Notes: generated by a model not told the origin, from the sequence alone. DNA of 33,750 nucleotides from Octopus bimaculoides (GCF_001194135.2 NC_068991.1:22298869-22332618); one strand, 5' to 3'; shown: positions 12,201 through 25,476, counted from the first letter of the stretch. A program made the numbers and translations.

Positions 12201-13315
12201 ATGTTTCAGGAAATGACGTTTTATCATTAGGAGAGAACGGTTTCTTAATTAGAACTCTTTAATCAATGCTACCCTTGAATTGTGGGTACTTGTTAAAATG
12301 TTTTTTTTTTATGTTAGGTGCACAACTAAAGGAGACTAAAGTTATGCCTGTATCTATGTGTGTGTATGTGTGAAATGTTTGTCTATCAATCTAAGGAAAA
12401 TCTTTCTCACACAAGTCTTGACATTGAGTGAGAAGGGTGGAATAAACCAAATGACATTTCTGTGGTGCTTCCTTTTCTGGGGGTTAGGGCCAGGCATGTA
12501 AGAGATGCGGTCCTTAAATCCACTCAAGGCCAGTGCCTCATTGTAGTAGGGCGCAGTAGCGTCAAAGATATCTTGGCTCGAGGAGAGATTTGAGATCCTC
12601 TTGCTAGACCTTTCACTAGGTTCTTGAAAACTATAGACAGGGTGACAGGAGGCTGTGCTAATATAAGACAGTCTCTTGTTTTGCTTGTGATAGGGCCTGT
12701 ATGTACCAGAGCTCAGATCTAAAGTAACATCTAAGAAATCTACTGTGGTAAGATTAGTCTCAATGGTGATCTTGAGACCATTGAGGGTGCTAATTAGGTC
12801 CTTTCTAAGTTTATCTAATGTGTGGCTGTTGGCTCCACTTGAGGTGGATAGGGTGTCATCTCTGTAGAGGCCAAAGAGATGTTCAGGGTGTACAGTCTGA
12901 TAAGATCACAGACATAAGTGTTGTCATATGCTCCCATAGCTACATCTAATGAGCCCTCGAATCTTTGCCGAACAGCACTGTCTTCCTGGCATGCATTATC
13001 ACTCTAACCTCACTATAATAACTGTGAAGCCCTTGGTAAAGGAAATAGCCTTCAACAATAACTCTTTATATATTTTTGTGTGTGTGTCTTTGGCTCTGTG
13101 TTTATGTCCCCACCACCGCTTGACAACCGACTTTAGTGTATTTAAGTCCTCATAACTTAGCAGTACGGCAAAAGAGATTGATAGCATAAGTACTAGGCTT
13201 ACAAAAATAAGTCCTAGGGTCAATTTCTTAGACTAAAAAAACAAAAACAAAACCTTTAAAGCGATGCTCCAGCATGGCTGCAGTCAAATGACTGAAACAA
13301 GTAAAAGAAAGAGTG

Positions 13316-13349
<34 letters not shown>

Positions 13350-16300
13350 ATTTTGAGTGTGTCTCTTTGTGTTGGTATCATGAAATAATTGCAGGTGTTA
13401 TCATAACACAAGCTGTGTCTTGTTTACAATCATCCATGAAAACACTGGCCATGAGGAAGTATTAGCTTGTTTAGAAACAGCGAGGTTGACAACAGGAAAG
13501 GCATTAATAGAAAAACTGCCTCAACAAATTCCACCTGACCCATGTAAGCATAAAAATGTGGATACTAAAATGATGATAAAATAGTGATTACAGCTAAACA
13601 TCAACTGCATCAAACTCAACAATCTAGGCAGCCATGCCAAGACATAGGCACTCTCCATCTTCCTATCTTTTGGTTGGCATTAGGAAAGGCATCCAGCTGT
13701 AGAAACCAAGCCAAAACAGACTATGGAACATGTGCAGCCCCAGGCCTTGCCAGTTCCTGGCAAGCCATCCAACTCATGCCTGCATGGAAAATGGACATTA
13801 AATGTAGATGATGATGTAATGTCCTTCTTACCATTACTAATGAATTTTGTAAATTGAATAAAACCTACACCAACCCGACTACGTTTTCTCTACATTATCC
13901 TTGTCTCTTAACTGAAAGGGGCCAAAAGAAGCTATAGGTTTAGACCTTTCTTTCACATAAACGGATTAAAAATTTATTTTAAATTAATTTGTTCAAGGGA
14001 ACTGGTGGAGAAAGAGAACTGATTTTTTCCTTTTTACTTACAGTCATGTTGTCCATGGATAACATTCACAACACCATCAGGAAAGCCTGCTTGTTTTGCC
14101 AATTCCATGAGAATCATACAAGCTCCTGGATCTCGCTCAGAGGGTTTAATAAGCATGGTGTTACCACAGGTTAAGGCAATTGGGAACATCTAACAATGGA
14201 GAACATTGAAAAGAAAACTTCAGTGATTAAAAAAAAATAACTACAAAGGTATCAAACTTTATAAGATTTTATATTCATGCACTAATTTTGAGCAGCCTTC
14301 AACTTTTTCAATCCAAAGGATTTTTTTAACCAAATATTTACAAGCTATTATTTATAGCTTTATCTACTTTGTGTTTCATCATTTGAAAAATATGTATAAG
14401 TAGAGATTATTCTTTGATTACAACTTGGAACTGCACAATTACAAAGGTCACGTGAAGAAAATTTATATATTAGATTGTCCAGAAAGTCCGTGCCGATTTT
14501 TAAAGGAAAGAAAAAGGTCAATAAATACTTGCCATTACATTTTTAATCAACCAAATACGAACCATTTTGTTGCACAATGTGTCTCCATCTTTTCTTTAAC
14601 ATGAAAATACCCTCTTCGCAGAATTGAGGTGGTTTCATGGCAAATAAGTCGAAAGGTAAGCTACTATAAATCGGCACAAACTTTCCAGACAACCCAATAG
14701 TTATTTCTCTGAGACATCTAACCCTTTAGCATTCAAACTATGCTGTCAAATGTAATACATATTTATGCACATTCTTTTGAATTCATCATGCATTATCTCA
14801 TAGCTTTGTCAGATAGATGTGAGAGGTTAGATCTAACTAGTTTGAACATAAAGGAGGTAGAATATTTGGACCAGATGTGGGAGGTTTAAATGCTAAAGGA
14901 TGACAGAGTGAGAACATAATGCATAGCTGAATAACTTTGCTAAACATGCCATCAAGTATGATGAACACAATGATTTTTGTATCAATAATTTTACTATACA
15001 GATGCAGAGATAACAAAAGGTGCCATACATTCTGGAGCAATATCCAAAACCACTTCATCTTCTAAGTAACTTCAAAAAACTTTACTTACCCACAAAGGTA
15101 TCATAGCAGGGAAATTAAATGGTGTGATTCCAGCACAAACTCCAAGAGGTTCTCGAATAGTCATAGTATCCATGTCTTTGGCAATTCCAGTTAAAGTTTC
15201 ACCAAGGCACGTAGCCGATAAACTACAGCAAGTTTCAACAACCTCTAAATATATTAAGAAATAAGACAGAAAAAGTATAAGTTGAATCCAAGTGATCTTT
15301 TTGAAAACACAAAGCATCTTGTATAAACTGTTAGGTACAACTAATATTTACAGTTCTTTGTTTCTTCTTTGACAACTATGAGGGGAGGTCAAAAAGTAAT
15401 GCCATTTTCTTTATTTCATGTGAAATTTTTGATAAAAATAACTGAAAATTTTCCCAGTTGTAAATGATTATATCATTTACGTTCTGAAATATTCTGTTTC
15501 TTACTTTTCAGGTTTTTAGACCGGTAAAGAAAATTCGAAATGGCTGCCCCCTTAGAGTTACATCAAAAACAAAGAGCAGTGATTGAATTTCTTGTTGCTG
15601 AGGGAGAAACCCCTACGATCATTCACCGACGATTACAAAATCGTCTTTGAGAACAATACTTTAGATTATAGCAATGTCTGCAGGTGGGTCCATTGTCTGA
15701 AAGACGAAAAAGTAGTGTAGCTGATAAACCCCGTTCTGGCCATCCGCCTGCTTATGTGAATCCTACCAATAAAGCAAAAGCAGAGCTCTGATCAGAGAAG
15801 ACAGTGCATAACTCTTGATGAGTTGGCAGAAAACCTTGAAGTGATCCATGGAAGTGCTTACAACATTGTTGAATCACTTGGCTTTTCAAAAGTGTATGCC
15901 TGCTGGGTACCGAGAGAGCTGACTACCAAATGCAAGACTGACAGGGTCAATGCCTGCACTCACCAGATTTAGCGCCTTCAGACTATCATCTCTTTGGCCC
16001 TACGAAAGAGAGTTTGAGAGGCAAACATTACTCCAGTGACGAGGAAGTGGCTCAAAGAACAGTCAACAGAATTTTACGGGGCAGGGATATATGCTCTCAT
16101 TTGAAGGAGGAACATTGCTACTGAGAGAAATGGTGATTATGTTGAGAAGTAGGGATGTGATCCACAGAGGGCCAGCTTCATTTTGATGTATGATACATGT
16201 TCCTGTGTTGGTAATTATACCTGTCCTAAACAAAATGGCATTACTTTTTGACTCACCCTCATACAATTGACAGACTCACTGCAGCATCACTATTGATTTA

Positions 16301-19300
16301 AGGATCAATAGTTTGTTACCCATCTATTATGTTGTATGCCTTGAACTCCTTGAAGTATTTATAGTCTACTTAACTGTAAATTTTTATTAAAAGATTTAGT
16401 TCAGATCTTCAATCTAAGCAGTGAGGTCACTCTAGTTTCTGTCTCACAAAGCTTTGGCTGGTCCAAGGCATCACACAGTGAAAATGAACCTGAGACCATG
16501 TGGTAGGGATGCAAACTTCTTACCACTCGGCGGCCATACTTGTATCTATAGGCTAATTGTTGCTGGTACAGACCACCATCAGTTTCTTCAGACTTCTGAA
16601 CTTACACAACACACACTCATTGCTATAACATCACCTAACACATGTACCAAGACCATCACCTTACACAAAACATGCCCTAACTACCATACTACCAACTCAA
16701 AGTAAGATTTTAGTAGTAAATCAATGGCTCAGTACTACACTTGATGGTCAGTATACAAGTCACAGAAAATATGTAAAGAAAAGTGATGAAAATCACTGCA
16801 GTACAAGATATAGAGACAAATTTATTTTAATACTTCAGTCTTCTGCCCTTATCTTTTATTTTTAAATCAGCCAATGAGAAAGTGTCTATGTTGTTGCTCA
16901 ACCCACTAGAAAGAGCAGCTAAATCCTACGAACCACAAACAACCTTCTTAAAAACAGAAGGACACATTTCACACTCCCAAACACAGAATCTCTGAATAAG
17001 AATAGGATGGTCATGGTTGGAATACCTTTAATCATAATTCTTGCTTAATCAGGGCTGACCTGATACTTTTAGCATTTAGACTGGCCATAAGCATCCCAAA
17101 TAGTTGATGTTTTATATGGGGTGACAGCACTAAGCAGTGATGTGTATAAATACAACCTTGTTACTAGTTCAAATATGTTTGAGGCATGGATTTGAATATG
17201 CCTCAAGTATATTTGAACTGGTAAAAAGTTTGTATCTATGTTTTATGTTCAAGCCAGACAGATCTGACCTCTCACACCTATCCTTCAATGCCATTCTACA
17301 AATAAACAATCACATCATAGAAGTTTCAAAGCTACAAGATATATCATGATTAATTCAGAACAATATGAATAAATAACCAGAACATTTGACAGAAGAATCT
17401 GAATGCTAAAAGCTTAGAGTGACAAGAAAAACAACACCAAAAAAAATTAAGCATTGTCACATTGCTAAGCACCAGTTCTTTAGTTTTGTTTGAGGTTAAA
17501 GTTCAAGGAATGTGAACAAGACACTTTGAATGAGATGTGGTAAATGTCTCAACCATAGACAATTTCTGAAGTAAACTCTTTCTGTATTAAGACTTTCAGT
17601 ATGCAATCCAAAAAATAAACAGTAAAAAGATATCAATTGCAGTGAAAACCAAGTGAGTCACAGACAACCTTATTCTCTGACATGATTCAAGACAAGGAAA
17701 CAAAAGAGATAACTAGTGTTACAGACGCCTCCAACATGCAAGTATACAATGAAACTACTTACGTAGACCTCGAAGAACATCTCCTTCAGCATCGACCAGA
17801 GTTTTCCCTTGCTCTTCAGTGATATTTTTTGCCAGCTTTCCCTGAAAAATTACAAAAACAAACATTTAAAACAAAGTATCACAAAATCCTTTTATTTAAA
17901 GCCAGGTTAAATTTAGGTGCTTGTTCTCCAATAAACACTTGAATAAAATAAAACGTGAACACCAGCTGTAGGTATACCTCCACAAACACCAGTCATAATG
18001 AGGGAGCTTCTATGAAGGAAGAGTGATCAAACTCCTTTAAATCATAATATACTGTTTTATGTAACCTTGGCAGAATTTGAACTCAGAATGTAAAGACTGA
18101 CAAAATGAAGCTAAGCACTTTGTCTAGCATGCTAACAGTTCTACCAGCTCACCACTTTGGGCACATCTAGTAATATAACACGGGGTACATTAGGACTAAA
18201 ACAAAAAAAAAGAAAAGAAAATGGGATGGTATAACTCTAAGGTTTTTTTTGTTTTATTTTGTTTTGTTTTTAAGATTACTCTGTATCAGGATTCACCTGA
18301 GGCTAAATAACAACATACACAAACAGTCTACCATTCAAATCAACCGGCTATAAATAACAGCCAAAGCAACCTTATATCATACCATACTGATAAATATATT
18401 AAAAAGATACACCAACAATGTAGTTCTTGAAACTCAAAAAAGATGGGATGGACACAGCTGGAATGCCTTTAATCATAGATCTGGTGGGTAAGGGCTGACC
18501 TAGTGCTACAGAATACCACTGTCAACACAACCATTATCAAAACACACCAACAGAGTAACATACCATATTGTCTTTGATCAGTTGCTGGAGATTGAACATG
18601 CACTGCTGTCTAGTCAGGATGGTACTGTTGCGCCACGAACTGAAGGCTTTTTTGCAAGACTCTACAGCTGCATTCATCTCCTCCTGGGTAGATTCTGGCA
18701 CCCGTGTAATGACTTCATTTGTGGCCTGTGAAGTAGATAGAATATGTTCATTTGATTGATGGATAGATTTAGGTAAAGAGATAGACTTAAATATAGGTAG
18801 ATCTATTAGTACACTATGTATGCCCACATACGCACATATATACTTTACACAAGAAAAAGGTAAGCTCCGGCATTAATAGTCTTAGTATTAAATTTCAGTG
18901 GAAAGAAGTAAAAATATTTAAACGTTTCTTCACTAAAGAGATGAATGATTCAACCATATAATCACAGTAAAAATATAAATAAAATGTTAGAAGTTACTGT
19001 TACACATTATTACAAATGTTTGTTTATTCACAACACTGCTTTCTTGTGCCCACTACAATATTTTGTTTAGCTGGACTGGCATCATGCATGATCAGCACAT
19101 TTTGATGTTAATTTACTATTTTAAAAAAACGTTTCCGTAGTCATTTAAGAGTTGTCTTCCTTGTGGTACATGGGTACTGATGGTTGTCAAGGAGTGAGAA
19201 ATTTGCTCACCATTCCGCCAAGAGAGGACACCTTGAAATGATTTAATGTTTTTAAGCACCTGTTACCAAAAGGTAAGAAAGGTTCTAGCAAATTTAGCAG

Positions 19301-21499
19301 TGTAAATAGCCTTTGTAAAACATGTCCCAAACATATTTGAGTGGATCTAAATGTTTGTTTTTAAGAATATTTCTTTACGGCAATTATACAGAAACATAAA
19401 CATGATCCTCTGTAAGGCAACCATTGGTAACAATGACAGCAGTGTATCACTCCATATTTGAGATGGCGAGATTTGGTTTTTCTTCTTTTTTTTGTTAACA
19501 TTTAATGTTTACTTTTGAAAAGGACAATTCGAGAAATTTTCGTTTTTGTTCCACAAAACTGTTTCACATTACTATGTGAACAAACATGTCATGTGAACAC
19601 CCAAACTTAAGTCTGATTGTGTAATCTGTTGTGAACCATTCATATCAAGCTTACATTTTTATTGTAACCTTGTTTTTTTATTCAGACACAGTATATCTAA
19701 GACAACACTTCGTTAAAATAGCATGTGAGCTGAAGGAAATTTGGCTGCTATTTTTACCAGAGTGAGCACTTACACAGATACTCCCCCATTTGCTCATGTA
19801 TAAGCCAGGTATCTCATTTGTATTCTGTGTGTATCTATCTATATACAATATACATTTCTCTATTTTCATATCTGACTGTATTTGATTGCATGCGTGTGTG
19901 TGTGTGTGTGTGTGGGTGTGTGTGTGTGTTGTGCACATGTGTGTGTACGTGTTTCAGTATATTCATGTGTATGTAGTTGTGTAAATATAAATGTACTTAC
20001 AGGATTATGCAAGTCAATCCATTTGTTTGTCTTGGACTCCACAAATTCTCCATCGATGAACATTTTTGTGGTTGGCTGCAATAATTCAACAAAATCATAT
20101 TTCATTTCTCTGTTTCTCACATTGCAACACAATACTGAATGGATGAACATTAATGAACAGTACTAATTGGAAAAGTTGCATTTAGTAGTCCCATTACATT
20201 TAAGAAGTTGTGGTTCTTGAATAAATGAACAACTCAAACTGCTTCTTTTTAACCTGAATTTCTTTAAATATGGAAGAACTGTTTTTTTACTGGGCCAAAT
20301 AGGAAGAATTACTTCAGTTATTGAGCTGTTTAACCATTTTGATACCAACTCACCAGAGACTACCATTGGTACCATGATACACACTTCCTGTTTTAAAAAA
20401 ACCATCCATCAAAAATTCCAAGTTAATAACAAAACAGTTTATTAAATTCTTCATCATTTTAAAGATTAATTGGAACAAAGCAGTGTATTTCAATAGAAAT
20501 ATGATAATAAAACCATTAATATATCTTATTAAAAAGGCATTTCAATGAATTTGGTTAAAGGGTGGCACAATATTACATTGTAAGGTTAGTGAATACTTTT
20601 ATTACCATATTTCGGTTCAAATATATGGCCTTTGTTTCAATTCTTTATGTGTATAATGAAGAATTAAAAAGAATAACATTATTACACTGGGGATTGGAAT
20701 ATAGATTAACATAAAATTTTGATAGGTTTTAATTTAGATCACATTACAGCACAAGATTGATATTATTGCAATATGGGGTTTCTTTGGTGCAATGAGGTGT
20801 TAGTAAAGTAAATGAAGATGTATTTCATCTGCTATGTCAATAATAACTGAAGTACACTTGTGAACATTTAAATGAAATATTTACTGCTGGACTGTAACAT
20901 ATTTATTAATTATTAGCTATTTATAATGCATAACATAAAATGTTTGCTGACTGGGAAAGAGACAAACTGCCCCAAAATTACATATTGTGTACTTGATGAA
21001 ATTTCAAGAGAGTGTTGCACTTTGAGCTTGTTCCAAATGGTCATGCTGTAGTGCTTTGAAAGTGCACTACCCAGCATTGGTCAATTGAACACACACACTC
21101 CCCACAGTATGACAATGCTCTGGCACACACAGCCAATGTGACCAAACAGAAACCTAAGGAACTTGAGAGGCTGGAAGTGCTGCCTCACCCTGCCTACAGG
21201 TCAGACCTTGCATCATCAGATTACCACTTTTTCCAAGCCATGGCTCATTTCCTCTGAGAAAGAGGTTCAAAAATGTGGAGGAGGTTGAAAACTAGTACAA
21301 GGAGTCTTTTTGCCTCTAAATCAGCCAAATGGTATAGGTGTGAAATTGTGTGTCTGGCATGATGGCAACAGACAATAGAATATGATGGGATATATTTTGA
21401 TGAATAAACTCTTTACATATCTAATTTGTTTGAACTATCAATTAAAGCTTGAAATACGAAAAAGCTTTTGACTACATACATACATGCAGCATATATATA

Positions 21500-21541
<42 letters not shown>

Positions 21542-24500
21542 CAATCTTAGTGCTGGAATGACTCATTTGCTGTTTGCAAATAAAATTATTCATTTATTCT
21601 TTGAAAAGAGCATTACAGTAGCACATACACTCTCCACAGCATTACAATGCTCTGGCAGAGCAGGAACAATTGAGTGGTGAAGTTACACCAAAAAATAAAG
21701 ACACTACTACATATTGGAAGTACTTCATATTTTTTTTATTTGATCATCCAAANNNNNNNNNNNNNNNNNNNNNNNNNNNNNNNNNNNNNNNNNNNNNNNN
21801 NNNNNNNNNNNNNNNNNNNNNNNNNNNNNNNNNNNNNNNNNNNNNNNNNNNNNNNNNNNNNNNTATTATAAGTGTTAAATTAATTTTTCTGGTATATATT
21901 GCTGATTTAAAAAACAAAATGATAAAATGTTTTAAAAAAACTTACAGCTGCATAGCGACACGTCTGGGTGTGGAACTGAGACACTGATCCCAAGAAAGAC
22001 ACCTGAAAGCAAAATAAAAGATAAAAACTAATATAAATCAATAGCACAGAAAGTGTCAGCAGGGAAGTATCCAGGAGTCATGACCTGGATGTCGCCTGCC
22101 CCCGCCCCTCCCCACCCTTACAGTGTAAGGGAGTTAAGGGCCAAAACAGTTGAAACACTTGCATGAAGAGGACTTCTTCTCTGAAGACCTTCTGCTCTTC
22201 AGTTCTCCCAAGAGTCGTTTTACTATCTCAACAGCAAGTTAACAAGTGGTATGCTGCATTTCAGATCCAATTATAAATGATGTACAATTGAACAGCCAAC
22301 AAAATTGGCGGTCAAGTGACATAACAAAATTTTTTAAAAAATTAAAAAAACTAATGAAAATAAAACGTGCATGCATACACACACACACACATCATCAGAA
22401 ATGTGTTAGTGAAAGAGTGAAAAGTTAAGAGAAACTGAAAATACCTCCTTCCCTACTTCCTCTATCAATCTATCCCATGGAAGCTTCTTCGTGGTAACTA
22501 ACCTATTACACATAAGCCAAGTTTACTTCAAATCCCATTTTACCATCTTAAAAAGATATGTATCAAAGTCAATGTAGTCCTAGGTACGCTATGCCTTAAA
22601 CAATTACAGGATGATCAGGTAATAGAAAGAGCAGCCAAATCTCCCTCAAATCTCATCTGATGATATTGAAAAAAAAACAAAGCATACCCAAGCCAATATT
22701 GTAGATACATTATGCCTTAAACAATGACAGGATAGGTAGGCACTAAACATAGCAGCCAAATTTCCCTTAAATCCAACTTAACCATCTGAAGAATTTGATG
22801 CATCCAGTATAATCCTAGATATACTATGCCTTAATGATATATCAGGTTTTGAATGCCTTTGTTCAGAATTATGCTCAAGAAGGCTGACATGGGACTAAAC
22901 AACTGGCCTATCTGTCCCTTTAAAATTCACATCAGCCAATAAACAGTGAAACTGTAGCTTCAACAAAGTATCCCAAACATTGAACATGGAACTTGTCTGT
23001 GATAAACTATGGCATAGAAATATATACAAGATAATTAGAAGTATAGAATAATACTTGGTAGGGAAACCAAATATGGAGAAGATAGATTGCTTAGAATAAA
23101 CACAAAAGCAGAAGAATTAATGATTATGACCTTTAACAACTTGGATAATGTAGTAAAGATTGCCAACATAACATGGCAGTCCTGGTTTAGGACTAATGTT
23201 GCTGTAATTTAGCCCCAGGAGACATCGTCTCCAGCTGGCTATGCGACACGATCTGTGTCCTTATATTTTCGAACAAGGGAATCTAGCGCCCCCACTCAGC
23301 TCAATACAATATCTATGTATCGCGATTTCTGGGTTATTTCCCTTCATCAGCACAGAATAATTGCTTGGCTAAAGGTGGCACTGCCAAATTCCTGTTCGAA
23401 ATATAGTTTTCAAGGTGACAACTAGTCAATGATTTATAAATTAGAAAATTACTGAGGCTAAATTACAGCAACATTGGTCCTAAACCAGGACTGCCATGTT
23501 ATGTTGGCAAACAATCTTTACTACAAAGTATTATTGCTGAATATCTCGCATTGTGAGCCACCTCTAGTTGAGCAATTATTCTGTGCTGATGAAGGGAAAT
23601 AACCCAGAAATCACGATACACAGATATTGTTTTGAGCTGAGTGGGGGTGCTAGATTCTCTTGTTCGAAAATATAAGGACACATATCGTGTCGTATAGCCA
23701 GCTGGAGACGATGTCTCCTGGGGCTAAATTACAGCAATATTAGTCCTAAACCAGGACTGCCATGTTATGTTGGCAAACAATCTTTACTACAAAGTACTGT
23801 TGCTGAATATCTCACGTTGTGAGATTTGAAAATAGTAATTTTCTAACTTGGATAATGCTGTGAACAGAGAAAGAGAGAGGTAGGAGTTGTGCGCATGTAG
23901 ATGAGATGTGTGTGCATGTTTAATAGTGTGTGTGTGTGTGTGTGTGTCAGCTATTGAGAGTAAACTTCTTAATGTCCCAATAGCTGAACCACAGAGTTGT
24001 AAGGAAATTTACTCTCACCAACTACTAGCATCATTTTAATGTCAACTTTTCCTTGCTTAGATGGGTCAGACAGAATTTGCTAAGGCATCTACAACCAGAT
24101 GCCCTTCCTATCACCAAGATTATATCATATATATCTAAGTCACAATATATGGATTCATGTAATTCAGTAGTATTCATAAAAACATTCTAGTGGAGCTGAA
24201 CATCTTATCTGACCACCAGTCCCCAGATCTCAATGTTATTGAGCATTTATGGTGCACTTTAGAAAAACATGTAAGGAGTCGATACCTTCCACCATCATCA
24301 CTACAAGAACTGGAGACTGTTTTAGCTGAAGAATGGACAAAAATTTCTTTGGAAACAATTCAAACTTTGTACGAGTCCAAACCTTGTAGAACTCAAGCTG
24401 TAATTACTGCCAAAGGCAGTCCTACCCCATTTTAAAATAATTTGTTTGAAATTTTAAGGTGTTTCCATTATTTTGTCCAACCCCTGAATATGTACACACT

Positions 24501-25429
24501 CACACACACATGTATATGCACACATACATACACACATATATGCACACATACATACACACATATGCACACATACATACAAACATATATGCACACATACATA
24601 CAAACATATATGCACACATACATACAAACATATATGCACACATACATACAAACATATATGCACACATACANNNNNNNNNNNNNNNNNNNNNNNNNNNNNN
24701 NNNNNNNNNNNNNNNNNNNNNNNNNNNNNNNNNNNNNNNNNNNNNNNNNNNNNNNNNNNNNNNNNNNNNNNNNNNNNNNNNNNNNNNNNNNNNNNNNNNN
24801 NNNNNNNNNNNNNNNNNNNNNNNNNNNNNNNNNNNNNNNNNNNNNNNNNNNNNNNNNNNNNNNNNNNNNNNNNNNNNNNNNNNNNNNNNNNNNNNNNNNN
24901 NNNNNNNNNNNNNNNNNNNNNNNNNNNNNNNNNNNNNNNNNNNNNNNNNNNNNNNNNNNNNNNNNNNNNNNNNNNNNNNNNNNNNNNNNNNNNNNNNNNN
25001 NNNNNNNNNNNNNNNNNNNNNNNNNNNNNNNNNNNNNNNNNNNNNNNNNNNNNNNNNNNNNNNNNNNNNNNNNNNNNNNNNNNNNNNNNNNNNNNNNNNN
25101 NNNNNNNNNNNNNNNNNNNNNNNNNNNNNNNNNNNNNNNNNNNNNNNNNNNNNNNNNNNNNNNNNNNNNNNNNNNNNNNNNNNNNNNNNNNNNNNNNNNN
25201 NNNNNNNNNNNNNNNNNNNNNNNNNNNNNNNNNNNNNNNNNNNNNNNNNNNNNNNNNNNNNNNNNNNNNNNNNNNNNNNNNNNNNNNNNNNNNNNNNNNN
25301 NNNNNNNNNNNNNNNNNNNNNNNNNNNNNNNNNNNNNNNNTAACAATTATGAAAATTCCTAAAGTGTGTACTGATATAAGGAGATATAACAGTATAAAGG
25401 TATGGCATATACTTACATATACAAAAAGG

Positions 25430-25476
<47 letters not shown>

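Larger units (their letters stand above)
23150..23823. mobile_element. Non-LTR retrozyme-like element: 266-bp repeat unit with hammerhead motif, in both orientations
   Basis: 23150-23379 is an inverted copy of 23557-23790 (12 substitutions plus a 4-nt indel by hand). 23456-23557 repeats at 23722-23823 (period 266). Flanked by AACTTGGATAATG at 23138-23150 and 23845-23857. Confidence 0.8.

Noticed and set aside
22646-22675. Other CTGATGA occurrences (also ~29122, and TCATCAG at ~11819, ~21215, ~22393, ~26386, ~27405) as possible hammerheads
   Set aside because: None has stem I, stem II and GAAA in the required arrangement.
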